A DNA stretch of 64,000 bases from Patescibacteria group bacterium (GTDB lineage: Bacteria > Patescibacteriota > Minisyncoccia > Phycocordibacterales > PALSA-1337): the NCBI GenBank assembly GCA_040388415.1, contig JAZKBV010000001.1, positions 74,369 to 138,368 of the forward strand, read 5' to 3'. The notes beneath the pieces are model-generated. The model saw only the letters and a list, made by a program, of their open reading frames with translations, searched no databases and was not told where the DNA came from. The position numbers and the translations under genes were made by a program. Shown one piece after another: positions 19,965-30,768 of the stretch; within the stretch, counting starts at the first letter, position 1, and each line of letters starts with the position of its first letter.

Positions 19965-22286
19965 ATGTCAAAGAAAAAGAAGTTAGTGTCCGCAGCAGTC
20001 AAAGCTCCAGCTATCCCTACGATTATCAAACGCGATGGTCGCATCGTGCCGTTCGATGTAGAAAAGATAACCAATGCCATCTTCAAAGGCTTGACCACAA
20101 TGGCTGAAGGCTCTCGTGATGACGCTGAGCTTGTCGCGAAGAACGTTCTTGCTGAGCTTGTGCGTATCAAAAAGAAGTTCAAGAACTTCATGCCAACTGT
20201 TGAAGGAGTCCAAGACATCGTTGAGCAAGAGTTGATGCGTTCTGATTATGTCAAAACTGCAAAGCACTACGTCTTGTACCGCGAGGAACGTGCACAGCTT
20301 CGTGCCAAGGGTGTTGAGATTCCTGAGAATGTCCGCAAGCTTGCCACTGACTCAAAGCAGTATTTCAGAAACGCTCTCGGTGAGTTCGTTTACTACCGTA
20401 CCTACTCAAAGTGGATTGATGCGGAGAGTCGTCGTGAGACATGGATCGAGACAGTTGAACGTTACATCACGTTCATGAAAGAAAATCTCGGCAACAAGCT
20501 CACTGATAAAGAGTATAAGGAAGTCCGTGACGGTATCCTCAGTCAGCAAGCGATGCCATCGATGCGTCTCCTTCAGTTCTCAGGTCCTGCGGCTCGTCGC
20601 GACAATGTTTGCGCATACAACTGTTCATTCATCGCTCCAGAGTCATTCCAAGATCTCGCTGAGATCATGTATGTCTCTATGTCAGGCACCGGCGTCGGTT
20701 TTGCGGTTGAGAGTACCAACGCAGAGAAGTTTCCTCAGATCGAGATGCAGACAGGAGAGAAGAATTCAGTTCATGTAGTAGGTGATAGCAAAGAAGGTTG
20801 GGCAGACTCGCTCACGGTCGGTATGAAGGCATGGGCAGCAGGTAAAGATATTGATTTTGATTATTCTACTGTGCGTCCAGAGGGAACTCGTCTCAAGGTC
20901 ATGGGTGGCAAAGCATCTGGTCCGGCTCCCCTTGTTCGTTTACATGGATTTACCCGTCAGATCATGCTCGCTCGTCAGGGCAAGCGCCTCCGTCCGATCG
21001 ATCTTCACGATATCATCTGTATGATCGGCGATTGCGTGGTTTCAGGCGGTGTTCGTCGCAGTGCCATGATTTCCCTCTCTGAACTTGCTGATGAACAGAT
21101 TCGTGATGCAAAGAAGGGGGCTTTCTACGTCAATCATCCTCATCGTATGTTGGCTAACAACTCAGCGGTGTATATCAACAAGCCTTCAAACGAGGAATTC
21201 CTCAAGGAATGGATGGCTCTTATTGAAAGCCGTTCTGGTGAGCGTGGTATCTTCAATCGCGGCTCACTCGCAAAGACACTCCCAGAGCGCCGTATCGCTG
21301 CTCTCAAGGAGTACAAGGGATACTTTGACCCATCAGGACAGCATATCGTAGGTCCTATGGGAACGAACCCTTGTGGCGAGATCATTCTCCAGTCAAAGCA
21401 GTTCTGTAACCTTTCAGAGATCGTCGCTCGCGCTGATGATACAGAAGCGACTCTTATGAAAAAGATGCGTTTGGCCACCATCCTCGGTACCTATCAGTCA
21501 TCACTCACAAACTTCCAGTACCTCTCAAAGGAATGGAAAGAGCATTGTGACCGCGAACGTCTCCTCGGCGTGTCTATCACTGGTCAATGGGATTGTCCGG
21601 TTGTCCGCAAGCCAGAAGTCATGCGCAAGCTCAAGGCAGAAGCGATCCGTATCAACAAGGAGTATGCAAAGCGCTTCGGTATAGGGGAGTCGACTGCTAT
21701 CACTACAGTCAAACCTTCAGGAACTCTCTCTCAGACCGTGGACTGTTCATCAGGCATGCACCCTCGTCATGCGAAGTTCTACATCCGCCGCGTCCGTATC
21801 TCTGCGACTGACACGCTCTTCAAGATGCTCAAGGATCAGGGTGTTCCTTATAGTCCAGAAGTCGGTCAGTCTATGGAGACAGCGTCGACGTTCGTTCTCG
21901 AGTTCCCGGTCAAAGCTCCGTCTGGCTCTATCTTCCGCGATGATCTCTCAGCAGTTGAACAACTCGAATACTGGAAGATGGTCAAGATGAACTATACTGA
22001 GCACAATCCATCAGTAACCGTCTCTATCGGCAATGATGAGTGGATCGCAGTCGCAAACTGGGTCTATGAGAACTGGGATATCGCTGGAGGTCTTTCATTT
22101 CTCCCTCGTGAGGATGCGGTCTACAAGCTTGCTCCATACGAAGCCATCGATGAGAAGCGTTTCAAGGAGTTGGCAAAGCGCCTCGAGCATATCGACTATT
22201 CAAAGATTATCTCGTACGAAAAGCAAAACGAGATCGATATGAAGAAAGAGTTGGCGTGCGCGGGTGGTGTGTGTGAGATAGTGTAA
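19965..22286 (+). CDS. nrdJ: Class II (B12-dependent) ribonucleotide reductase with N-terminal ATP cone
   Basis: IKRDGRIVPFD ATP cone, AYNC, TNPCGEI, TTVKPSGT, C-terminal CAGGVC. Confidence 0.9.
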   Translation: MSKKKKLVSAAVKAPAIPTIIKRDGRIVPFDVEKITNAIFKGLTTMAEGSRDDAELVAKNVLAELVRIKKKFKNFMPTVEGVQDIVEQELMRSDYVKTAKHYVLYREERAQLRAKGVEIPENVRKLATDSKQYFRNALGEFVYYRTYSKWIDAESRRETWIETVERYITFMKENLGNKLTDKEYKEVRDGILSQQAMPSMRLLQFSGPAARRDNVCAYNCSFIAPESFQDLAEIMYVSMSGTGVGFAVESTNAEKFPQIEMQTGEKNSVHVVGDSKEGWADSLTVGMKAWAAGKDIDFDYSTVRPEGTRLKVMGGKASGPAPLVRLHGFTRQIMLARQGKRLRPIDLHDIICMIGDCVVSGGVRRSAMISLSELADEQIRDAKKGAFYVNHPHRMLANNSAVYINKPSNEEFLKEWMALIESRSGERGIFNRGSLAKTLPERRIAALKEYKGYFDPSGQHIVGPMGTNPCGEIILQSKQFCNLSEIVARADDTEATLMKKMRLATILGTYQSSLTNFQYLSKEWKEHCDRERLLGVSITGQWDCPVVRKPEVMRKLKAEAIRINKEYAKRFGIGESTAITTVKPSGTLSQTVDCSSGMHPRHAKFYIRRVRISATDTLFKMLKDQGVPYSPEVGQSMETASTFVLEFPVKAPSGSIFRDDLSAVEQLEYWKMVKMNYTEHNPSVTVSIGNDEWIAVANWVYENWDIAGGLSFLPREDAVYKLAPYEAIDEKRFKELAKRLEHIDYSKIISYEKQNEIDMKKELACAGGVCEIV

Positions 22287-22292
22287 CGAAAT

Positions 22293-22327
22293 AAAAAGAC
22301 CGCTCACTGTAAGGTGGGCGGTTTTTT
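22293..22327. terminator. Bidirectional terminator
   Basis: AAAAAGACCGCTCAC..GTGGGCGGTTTTTT. Confidence 0.8.
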
Positions 22328-22353
22328 GTAAGGGAACCAGATGCCGATCTTGG

Positions 22354-22569
22354 TCATACCCAAGAGAGGCACCCGCTGATTATCAGGATGACTCCTAATA
22401 TGAAAACAAAGAATATAAAGAGAAAAACTAGATTCGACATGACTGATTTCTTTATCTTTATCCGATGATTTCGGTGATACGGTTTAGTGAAGGCGACGGC
22501 GATGATTAGGCCGATGATGCTGGCAAGGATGATGAAACAACCTGCCCAGATGATACTGTATGCATGCAT
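22354..22569 (-). CDS. Small two-TM orphan protein
   Basis: Two hydrophobic helices with a basic loop; upstream TTGACA promoter and downstream terminator. Confidence 0.55.
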   Translation of the reverse strand: MHAYSIIWAGCFIILASIIGLIIAVAFTKPYHRNHRIKIKKSVMSNLVFLFIFFVFILGVILIISGCLSWV

Positions 22570-22662
22570 AGTTTGCGTATGGTTGAGTGCTATTAACTCA
22601 GTTTATTTACTCAAATAAAATGACTCTTGTCAAGCACCTCAAATTGAGGTATTATTATATAC

Positions 22663-23039
22663 GGCCGTACCAAACAACCGCGTCTTGATGTGCTCTTTCG
22701 GGGGCATTGTTGAGATGAGGAAAGTCCGAACACCGGCTTTGTGGGAATGAGCGATCGCTCCCGTAAAGCAGTGAGTAGCAGGTAACTCCTGCCAGGGTAA
22801 TACCCAGAGGTGCGAACAGAAACGCTCAAATCGAAAGATGAGAGTATGTCAGAGACGCTTCGGCGAGCATGACATATGTTCCATGGCGACATGGAAATGC
22901 AACGGCAAAATCCTTACTTCGGTGCAAGACCGCGCTTCATATATTCGCAAGATTGTATGATGAGAGTCGCTCGAGGTCGGCAGCGATGTCGATCCTAGAT
23001 ATATGGTTGTATAAACAAAATTCGGCTTACGGTACGGCT
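22663..23039 (+). ncRNA. rnpB: RNase P RNA
   Basis: GAGGAAAGTCCGAACAC and AACAAAATTCGGCTTAC conserved regions; P1 helix GGCCGTACC/GGTACGGCT. Confidence 0.95.
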
Positions 23040-23098
23040 ATCAAAGAAACTCGCATTCAAGCGGGTTTTTTTGTTATACTTACGCGACACAATATACT

Positions 23099-24775
23099 AT
23101 GGTTAAGAAATGGTTTTCATTCATCGGCAGGGAAATACGTGGTCTCCACGAAGCAGCCTATTTGTTGGCTACATTTGCACTCCTCTCGCAGGCGCTCGGT
23201 CTCGTTCGTGATAAGCTTCTCGCATTTAGTTTCGGCGCAGGGCATCAGCTCGATGTGTACTATGCTGCATTCCGTATCCCAGATTTTATCTTCGCCTCAG
23301 TCGGCTCGCTCGTCTCAGCCTCGATTCTCCTTCCGTACTTCATTGATCGCTTCAGTAAAAGTGAAGAAGAAGGCAGGGCATTTTCAAATGCCATGTTTAC
23401 TATATTTTTTGGCTTAATCGTGATCACAAGCGCGGTGGCATATATTATCGCACCGGTGCTCATTCCAAAGATGCTACCTGGATTTGCCCATGATCTATCA
23501 TTACCGGATCTGATCGCTTCAATGCGCATCATGCTCTTGTCTCCATTCCTTCTTGGTCTTTCAAATCTCTTTTCAAGCCTGACGCAGATGCGTCACCGTT
23601 TTTTGGTGTATGCAGTATCGCCAGCGCTCTACAACCTCGGCATCATCGCTGGCACCGTCTTTTTATATCCTATTATCGGCATTCCCGGTCTAGCGATCGG
23701 TGTCGCTGTCGGTGCACTCATGCATATGGGCATCCAGATTCCATTCTTGATGAGTGAAAAGATACTTCCACATTTTACATTCAAGATAGATTGGTTACGC
23801 GTAAAGGCCATCGTCTATTCATCACTACCACGCACGTTTACCTTGTCAGCGAATCAGCTAGCGTCATTCGTCCTCGTCTCATTTGCTTCCCTTATGGCAA
23901 CAGGTTCTATTTCAGTATTTACATTCGCTTTCAATCTCCAGGCAGTCCCGCTTACCATCATCGGTGCGAGTTACTCATCTGCCGTGTTTCCAACCCTTTC
24001 TCGCCTCTATGTGGAAAACAACATAAAAGAATTTTTAGAAAAAATGATTGCTTCAGCGCGCCACATCATCTTTTGGTCTATGCCGATCATGGTCTTGTTT
24101 ATTGTCTTGCGCGCGCAGATTGTCCGTACTGTTCTCGGTGCGGGTAAGTTTGACTGGGCTGATACGCGTATCACCGCTGCTATGCTCGCACTCTTCACTG
24201 TTTCAACTATTGGGCAAAGCCTCATCATCCTCTTTGTCCGCGCATTTTATGCAGAAGGGAAGACGAGTAAGCCACTTCTCATCAATGCCATATCAGCATC
24301 GTTCATCGTCATCTCAGGCTTTGCTCTGATGGCGCTCTTCCGTTCAGTTCCAGTGTTCCAGTTTTTTATGGAAGACTTGCTCAAGGTGGGCGGTCAGACG
24401 GGCACGATCGTTTTGACGCTCGCCCTCGCGTATTCGCTCGGTGTCATCTTGAACACTATCCTTCATTGGGTCATGTTTGAAAAGGCATATCCTGGATTTA
24501 CCAAGCCAGTCATCGAGACGCTGTATCACAGTTTTTCAGCGTCAGTTATCATGGGGTACGTTGCATTTCAGGGCCTCCGTTTGTTCTCATTCTTTCCGCT
24601 TGAAAAGGTCTGGGGTATTTTTATGCAAGGATTTTGCGCTGGCATCCTCGGCCTTATCGTCGGTGTGCTCATCTTGATCCTTCTCAAAAACCAAGAGCTA
24701 CAAGAAGTCTGGCGCACGTTCCATAGGAAGATCTGGAAGGCGACCGTGCCTCCAGCTGAAGTGGAAAGGCTCTAA
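23099..24775 (+). CDS. murJ: Lipid II flippase MurJ
   Basis: LGLVRD, FGAG..LDVYYAAFRIPD, ~14 TM segments, RAFYA. Confidence 0.92.
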   Translation: MVKKWFSFIGREIRGLHEAAYLLATFALLSQALGLVRDKLLAFSFGAGHQLDVYYAAFRIPDFIFASVGSLVSASILLPYFIDRFSKSEEEGRAFSNAMFTIFFGLIVITSAVAYIIAPVLIPKMLPGFAHDLSLPDLIASMRIMLLSPFLLGLSNLFSSLTQMRHRFLVYAVSPALYNLGIIAGTVFLYPIIGIPGLAIGVAVGALMHMGIQIPFLMSEKILPHFTFKIDWLRVKAIVYSSLPRTFTLSANQLASFVLVSFASLMATGSISVFTFAFNLQAVPLTIIGASYSSAVFPTLSRLYVENNIKEFLEKMIASARHIIFWSMPIMVLFIVLRAQIVRTVLGAGKFDWADTRITAAMLALFTVSTIGQSLIILFVRAFYAEGKTSKPLLINAISASFIVISGFALMALFRSVPVFQFFMEDLLKVGGQTGTIVLTLALAYSLGVILNTILHWVMFEKAYPGFTKPVIETLYHSFSASVIMGYVAFQGLRLFSFFPLEKVWGIFMQGFCAGILGLIVGVLILILLKNQELQEVWRTFHRKIWKATVPPAEVERL

Positions 24776-24807
24776 TTTTCCTGTATAATTAGTACAAAAC
24801 AATTCGC

Positions 24808-25611
24808 ATGAAAAAAAGCCGACACATATTATTTTTTATAACTTTAACTATCTTATGTATCATAGGAAGCGATAGCGCTTTTGCGGCTGTCTCTAAAGTT
24901 CAATGCGCCAGCGGATATCCTTTAACGAGCGTAAATTTTGGTTCAAATGTGACCGCGGGCAATCTGCTTGTAGCATTTTTCCAAGAAGGGTTCTCCACAG
25001 GATCTCAACAGCCTGATCCAGTAGTCACTGATACCCTTGGAAATACATGGACTCCCGTATCACCCAATACATGGCTCATAAACGGAAGTCCTACTCATAT
25101 AAACCAATGGGCATATTATACCGTTTCAGGTTCGAGCGGAGCTGATGCAGTCGACTATAGCGGTACTAGTGGGGGACGACATGATCCAGGCGTGTATGTA
25201 GTAGAGCTTACCGGACAAGATTCAGTGACGCCTATCAGTGCAACCTCAAGCGGAAGTGCAGGCAGTGGTTCGTACTGGTCAGCACAGACGCCGTTTAGTG
25301 TCCCAGCAGGGGGCATGACGGTTTCTATGATCGGAGACGAAGATATTTCGGGAGACACTATCACATATCATGGCAATCAAACAGTCTGTAACTCAAATGG
25401 GGGCCAGTTTGGTGCATCGTTCTATGAGCCCTTTGCATCAGCAAGCTCGACCGAATTGACGTATGTATATAGTAATTTGAGTACTCAGTGGGCACTTACT
25501 TCTCTTGTGATAAATCCTCAGGCAGTGATTCCACCACCACCAAGCACAAGGCCCCCACGCTTCACCATAAAAGGATTTATGAAAGTTATGCGTAGTTTCA
25601 TGGTCAAATAA
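24808..25611 (+). CDS. Secreted Ser/Thr/Gly-rich beta protein
   Basis: Signal peptide, NVTAGNLLVA..VTDTLGNTW repeat-like module, poly-Pro linker. Confidence 0.6.
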   Translation: MKKSRHILFFITLTILCIIGSDSAFAAVSKVQCASGYPLTSVNFGSNVTAGNLLVAFFQEGFSTGSQQPDPVVTDTLGNTWTPVSPNTWLINGSPTHINQWAYYTVSGSSGADAVDYSGTSGGRHDPGVYVVELTGQDSVTPISATSSGSAGSGSYWSAQTPFSVPAGGMTVSMIGDEDISGDTITYHGNQTVCNSNGGQFGASFYEPFASASSTELTYVYSNLSTQWALTSLVINPQAVIPPPPSTRPPRFTIKGFMKVMRSFMVK

Positions 25612-25667
25612 TTTATTTTTTACAGATATTGACAACGGGTGATTATTGGAGTATAATTCGACTTAAT

Positions 25668-25880
25668 ATGAACCTTTATATACTTGGTATCGGCATTTTT
25701 AGCTTAGTAGCTATCATCGCAGGGTTATACCTGTGTTTCTCTCTTCGGCTCAGCCGGAAGCAGTCCGACCAGACCCGTGAATGGATTGGGACAAATTACC
25801 ATGCAGTCATTAGCTTTGTGCTTTTGCTGTTTTCATTTATCATCATTGTGGCTCTGGTATTCATTCCTGTATATCGTTAG
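25668..25880 (+). CDS. Small two-TM orphan protein
   Basis: TTGACA-17-TATAAT at 25629-25657 directly upstream; two hydrophobic helices. Confidence 0.55.
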   Translation: MNLYILGIGIFSLVAIIAGLYLCFSLRLSRKQSDQTREWIGTNYHAVISFVLLLFSFIIIVALVFIPVYR

Positions 25881-26020
25881 CCTCAACGCATCGCTCACGC
25901 AACCGCACTCGTCTCAGGACTTTGTGCGGTTTGTCTTTTTAAGTAATAAAAATGCACAACCTTTTGTAAATCCGCTATTATCTGCTATATTGAGGCTCTA
26001 TCGGCTATACCGAATCATAC

Positions 26021-27895
26021 ATGAATCCCAAGTTTATCCGCAATTTCTCTATCATCGCCCATATCGACCATGGTAAATCGACCTTGGCCGACCGCCTATT
26101 GGAAGTAACGGGCACCATCGAAAAGCGCAAAATGCAGGAACAAGTGCTCGACTCAATGGAGTTGGAGCGTGAGCGTGGCATTACCATCAAACTGACACCG
26201 GTTAGAATGCGTTGGCAAATTGGTGGCAAAGGCGCCACTGGTCAAGAATACATGATGAACTTGATCGACACGCCAGGACATATCGACTTTTCATATGAAG
26301 TGTCACGTGCGCTCAAAGCTGTTGAAGGCTCTATCCTCCTCGTCGATGCGACGCAGGGTGTGCAAGCTCAGACACTCACTACGCTCAACATGGCACGTGA
26401 AGGCGGACTCGTCATCGTGCCAGTCGTCTCAAAGATCGATTCACCGCTTGCGCGCACTGATGAAGTGGTCAAAGAGCTTGCTGAACTCCTTGTATGTGAC
26501 GAATCAGAAGTGATCAAAGTTTCCGGTAAGACTGGCGAAGGTGTTGATCATCTCCTCGATGAGATTATAAAACGCGTGCCATCACCAGAGGATGCTAATA
26601 ATTGGCAGAAAGAGCTACAGAAGGAAGCGGAAACTGGAGCTAAGAGCTATGAGGTAAGAGATAAGAATATCCAATTTCGTTCGCTCATTTTTGATTTTCA
26701 ATACTCAAACCATATCGGTGTTATCGTCTATGTCCGCGTCATCTCTGGCTCAGTCAAACGTCACGACAAGCTCATGTTCAAAGTGGCTGGCAGGGAATTT
26801 GAAGCGATCGATGTGGGTATATTCAAACCCGACCAAACGCCGGTCGACAGTCTCAATGCAGGCGAGATCGGCTATATCGTCACCGGCATCAAAGAGCCAG
26901 GTATTGCCTCAGTCGGTGATACCATTTCAAGTGTCAAAGATACATTGCCACCTCTTCCTGGTTATATGACACCACGACCAGTGGTATGGGCTTCAGTCTA
27001 TCCAGCAAGTCAGGATGACCTCGCTATACTTCGTCAGGCTCTCAGTCGTTTGCGCTTGTCTGATTCGTCTATCACCTATGAAGAGGAAGCGTCAGGAACC
27101 CTCGGTAAAGGCTACCGCTGTGGATTCCTCGGTATGCTCCACCTCGAGATTGTCACTGAGCGTTTGCGTCGTGAGTTCAACTTGAATCTCGTCGTCACTA
27201 TGCCGACGATTACCTATGAAGTAGTCATGAAAAATGGCGACAAGAAAACTGTGTACTCACCGTCACTTTTTCCTGATGAAAATGATGTCATAGCAGTTCA
27301 TGAGCCGATTGTTACTATGAAGATTATTTTACCACCATCATATGTCAGTGGCATTATGAAATCTCTCTACGATCATGAAGCTGAAATTATTGGCACAGAA
27401 AATTTCGGTGACAATCGTACTATGCTCACCATGCTTATGCCGCTCCGCGAGCTGATGCGTAATTTCTTTGATGAATTGAAAAGTATTTCTTCTGGCTATG
27501 CTTCTATCTCATACGACATCACTGAGAGCCGTGTGGCTGATGTGGTCCGTATGGATGTGCTGGTCAATGATGAGCAGGTGCCCGCCTTCGCCCGTGTGGT
27601 CTCACGTCGTCGCGCTGAGCAAGAAGCTATCAATACCGTCGACCGTCTCTATGACATCATGCCACGTGAGCTTTTCTCATATAAGATACAGTCTGTGGCG
27701 CTTGGACGTATCATCTCGTCGCGCACTATCTCGGGCAAGAGAAAAGATGCTGCAGGTACGCTCTCTGGTGGTGATATCACGCGCAAGATGAAGCTCCGTG
27801 AAAAGCAAAAGGAAGGCCGTGCTCGCCTCAAGGAACATGGTGCGGTCATTATCCCACAGGATGTGTTCGTGAAGATGATGAGGAGTGGCGAATAG
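26021..27895 (+). CDS. lepA: Elongation factor 4 (LepA)
   Basis: IRNFSIIAHIDHGKSTLADR, DTPGHIDF, CGFLGMLHLEI, GGDITRK. Confidence 0.96.
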   Translation: MNPKFIRNFSIIAHIDHGKSTLADRLLEVTGTIEKRKMQEQVLDSMELERERGITIKLTPVRMRWQIGGKGATGQEYMMNLIDTPGHIDFSYEVSRALKAVEGSILLVDATQGVQAQTLTTLNMAREGGLVIVPVVSKIDSPLARTDEVVKELAELLVCDESEVIKVSGKTGEGVDHLLDEIIKRVPSPEDANNWQKELQKEAETGAKSYEVRDKNIQFRSLIFDFQYSNHIGVIVYVRVISGSVKRHDKLMFKVAGREFEAIDVGIFKPDQTPVDSLNAGEIGYIVTGIKEPGIASVGDTISSVKDTLPPLPGYMTPRPVVWASVYPASQDDLAILRQALSRLRLSDSSITYEEEASGTLGKGYRCGFLGMLHLEIVTERLRREFNLNLVVTMPTITYEVVMKNGDKKTVYSPSLFPDENDVIAVHEPIVTMKIILPPSYVSGIMKSLYDHEAEIIGTENFGDNRTMLTMLMPLRELMRNFFDELKSISSGYASISYDITESRVADVVRMDVLVNDEQVPAFARVVSRRRAEQEAINTVDRLYDIMPRELFSYKIQSVALGRIISSRTISGKRKDAAGTLSGGDITRKMKLREKQKEGRARLKEHGAVIIPQDVFVKMMRSGE

Positions 27896-27909
27896 AGAAT
27901 GATTTAAAT

Positions 27910-27940
27910 AAAAAAACCGCGAACAAAAAGTTCGCGGTTT
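27910..27940. terminator. Terminator between lepA and the convergent orphan gene
   Basis: AAACCGCGAAC-AAAAA-GTTCGCGGTTT. Confidence 0.8.
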
Positions 27941-27953
27941 GTGTTTTGACGGA

Positions 27954-28388
27954 TTAGTTTCTCAAATCAAACATTTCCCAATCAACAGGGAGCCAAAGCC
28001 GGTCGTTTGCCCGAAAAACGAACTGCTCCATGAGCTGATCGTAGCCGACTTGCTTCACAAAGAGACGTTCATTGCGTTCAAATCGAGCGTGTCGCATCGG
28101 ACTGCCGTCGAGTTGAATAATGTCAATTTCAGAATACTTTGGGATGAGCACGTGTCCAGCGCGTAAAGATTCTGTGTTAACTACTGGTCTGTTCCATTCA
28201 GCGCAGAACAATTCTTTCGTGAAGGTTTTGCTGACCAGAATAGCTGCGGGGACACCTGTGCTCCATTCCTCTTCCTCATGAGCGTAGTCCTTGAGTGCCT
28301 GCGTGCGGATAGATGAGGGTAATAAGATCACCCGTTTTGGTGGATAGGGAACGATATGTTCCATACCCAAACCTATTGTTGAGTTCAT
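27954..28388 (-). CDS. Hypothetical orphan protein
   Basis: AAAGGA SD before ATG 28388; own promoter-like region and terminator. Confidence 0.55.
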   Translation of the reverse strand: MNSTIGLGMEHIVPYPPKRVILLPSSIRTQALKDYAHEEEEWSTGVPAAILVSKTFTKELFCAEWNRPVVNTESLRAGHVLIPKYSEIDIIQLDGSPMRHARFERNERLFVKQVGYDQLMEQFVFRANDRLWLPVDWEMFDLRN

Positions 28389-28504
28389 AATTTCCTTTTG
28401 TTTAAGTGGCAGTATTGCCACCTGTTTCTAAGTTTAAATTAACACTCTTTTTATGTTTTGTCTAATAAATAAAAAACACTAGGATAACCCAGTGTTTTTC
28501 TTTT

Positions 28505-28615
28505 TTAGTAGTTAGCTGCGGGGAAATACAGCAACATCATACTGGCAATAACGAGAATACCAACAATGATAAAGAAAAAGCGGAAGAACTTTTGTGATTT
28601 TTGATGAAATAGCAT
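28505..28615 (-). CDS. Small single-TM protein (36 aa)
   Basis: MLFHQKSQKFFRFFFIIVGILVIASMMLLYF preceded by TATACT; divergent from the ftsB-like gene. Confidence 0.55.
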   Translation of the reverse strand: MLFHQKSQKFFRFFFIIVGILVIASMMLLYFPAANY

Positions 28616-28639
28616 AGTGGCTGTAGTATACTGTGAAGC

Positions 28640-29029
28640 ATGAAATACGGCAACAGGGCACCATGGAAGCGATTTTTCTACTCTCCGGCAAGTATCGGCA
28701 TCGCCTTGATCGCCTGCGTATTTATTTTTCGTGGTGCATGGAATATCCATACAAAGGCATTGTTGGCCCAAGACCGTCTCGACCAAGCAAAAGCTGAACT
28801 TGCTGACCTGCAAAGTCAAAAAGCTTCACTGTCTGTCTCTATAGATCATCTCTCAACGCCTGCAGGTATGGAGGCCGAACTCCGCGAGAAATATCACGCT
28901 GTCAAAGAAGGCGAGTCAGTGGCAGTTATCATCGATCCATCTGCTGACAAAAATGCCACATCAGCTCAATCAACGACCACCCCACCAATTTCGTGGTGGG
29001 GAAGTTTGCTTCGGATGATTGGGTTGTAG
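28640..29029 (+). CDS. Septum formation initiator FtsB/DivIC-like protein
   Basis: TM, then coiled coil, then E.ELREKY..VKEGE.V. Confidence 0.8.
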   Translation: MKYGNRAPWKRFFYSPASIGIALIACVFIFRGAWNIHTKALLAQDRLDQAKAELADLQSQKASLSVSIDHLSTPAGMEAELREKYHAVKEGESVAVIIDPSADKNATSAQSTTTPPISWWGSLLRMIGL

Positions 29030-29030
29030 A

Positions 29031-29264
29031 CTAGATACCTAGCGCTGTCTTGATGCGTGACTCATCGAAACCAACGATGACTTCACTACCAATATCGATA
29101 ACAGGCACGCCCATCTGACCAGTCTTGTCGATCATCTCGCGGCGCTTTTCGAGGTCAGTAGCAACGTTATGCTCTACGTACGACACATTGTTTGCCTTAA
29201 AGAATGATTTTGCCATATTGCAATACGTGCACGTTGGTGTTGAATATATTACGACGTTTTTCAT
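29031..29264 (-). CDS. Glutaredoxin-like NrdH/YruB protein
   Basis: YSTPTCTYC, GQMGVPVI, VGFD. Confidence 0.9.
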   Translation of the reverse strand: MKNVVIYSTPTCTYCNMAKSFFKANNVSYVEHNVATDLEKRREMIDKTGQMGVPVIDIGSEVIVGFDESRIKTALGI

Positions 29265-29370
29265 ATTAAAATTGCTTATTAGATAATAATACTGCTTCGA
29301 GCAGAGGTTCTATTGGACTTTCAGTATATCATAATTCTTCCCGTGGTATAATAGTCTACAATCCACCCTT

Positions 29371-30648
29371 ATGCACTACAGCTCCGTTCTTCATTTTTTT
29401 GCTTCATTTTCCAGTAATCTCAATGAGATAATAGTGGTTGGCGGCTATCCCATTATATTTTTGACTGTTATTCTTGAAGGTTTGCCGTTGATCGGTACTA
29501 TCGTTCCAGGCCATGTTGCTATCATTGTCGGTGGCTTTTTGGCTCATAGCGGTATCATGAATGTATGGTGGGTAGTGGCCGTTTCTATGGTCGCTGCTAT
29601 ACTCGGAGATGCATTTGGCTTTTATCTCGGGCGGCGCTACGGTATCGGACTTATCGACAAGTTCAAGCGCTATTTTTTCATTCGTGATGAACATATCAAA
29701 AAGGCACAAAACCTCCTTTTGAAGCATACCGGCAAAGCGATGATCCTCGGTCGCTTGAGTCCGATGACGCGCGCGCTCATGCCATTTCTTGTCGGTATTG
29801 GAAAGACGTCTCATACGAAGTTTTGGGTTTTCAATTTTGTCGGTGCAGTCATCTGGGTCGGGTCGTCAGTGATCCTCGGCTACGGCTTTAGTTTTGGTTT
29901 CCATGCCGCAGCAGGTTATTTCGGTAAAGCGGTTGTCGTTGCGATTATTCTTTCTGGTCTTATCATTTGGGGGTATAGGTTCGTGAACGTTCGTTTTCAT
30001 ATTTTCCGACGCTATGAGCTCTTTGCACTCATCATCAATGTCTTATCGATTACCATCCTTGCACTCATGGTGCGCGATGCATGGTCGGCAACATCATTTA
30101 TGACAAACTTTGATATTTATATAAATGGATTTATGAATACAAATGTTGATTCAAACATGATTGCTATTGCTCAGTTTGTCAGCACGATCGGTGGCGTCAT
30201 GGTGCCTGTTACTCTCGGTCTTATTATCGGAGGCATTTTCCTTGTTATGCGCCGTTGGCGTTCAGCGACAATCATGATCTTGTCGATCGTCTCAGCGATG
30301 GCAGCGTTCAGTTTTTTGAAAGAGTTTTTCTTGCGCGCTCGTCCCGACAATGCACTCATCCTTCTCACTGATCCAAGTTTTCCATCTGGTCACGCTACTA
30401 TGGCTGCCACCTTCTTCTTTATATGTACCTACCTCTTTGCGCCAAAGATAAAATACTGGGTATGGCGCGAATCATTCATTGTTGTTTGCGCGCTTGCCAC
30501 TATCGCTATTGGACTCAGTCGTCTCGTCCTCAATGTTCACTGGGTATCTGATGTCGTTGGCGGTTGGGCGCTTGGTTTATTCTGTGCCACAGCATCTATC
30601 ATCCTTGTGCGTTATGCAGGTGAGCTGGTGAAGGGAAGGAGGTTGTAG
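29371..30648 (+). CDS. DedA/PAP2 phosphatase fusion membrane protein
   Basis: LE..PG..GGFLA..LGD DedA domain; K..RARP, SFPSGH, SRLVLNVHWVSDV PAP2 motifs. Confidence 0.9.
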   Translation: MHYSSVLHFFASFSSNLNEIIVVGGYPIIFLTVILEGLPLIGTIVPGHVAIIVGGFLAHSGIMNVWWVVAVSMVAAILGDAFGFYLGRRYGIGLIDKFKRYFFIRDEHIKKAQNLLLKHTGKAMILGRLSPMTRALMPFLVGIGKTSHTKFWVFNFVGAVIWVGSSVILGYGFSFGFHAAAGYFGKAVVVAIILSGLIIWGYRFVNVRFHIFRRYELFALIINVLSITILALMVRDAWSATSFMTNFDIYINGFMNTNVDSNMIAIAQFVSTIGGVMVPVTLGLIIGGIFLVMRRWRSATIMILSIVSAMAAFSFLKEFFLRARPDNALILLTDPSFPSGHATMAATFFFICTYLFAPKIKYWVWRESFIVVCALATIAIGLSRLVLNVHWVSDVVGGWALGLFCATASIILVRYAGELVKGRRL

Positions 30649-30768
30649 GGTTTCGTGTAAAACTTTATCGTTTCTTTATTAAAACTTGAGTGATCCTTGA
30701 GAACTTTTTGATAAGAATTTTATCGCTGGCTGATATTATTTTTACGTGGAAGAAAATTTTCTTCCCGT

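Noticed and set aside
22611-23417. ORFs 22611..22892(-) and 22869..23417(+)
   Set aside because: They overlap RNase P RNA and murJ and are shadow frames.
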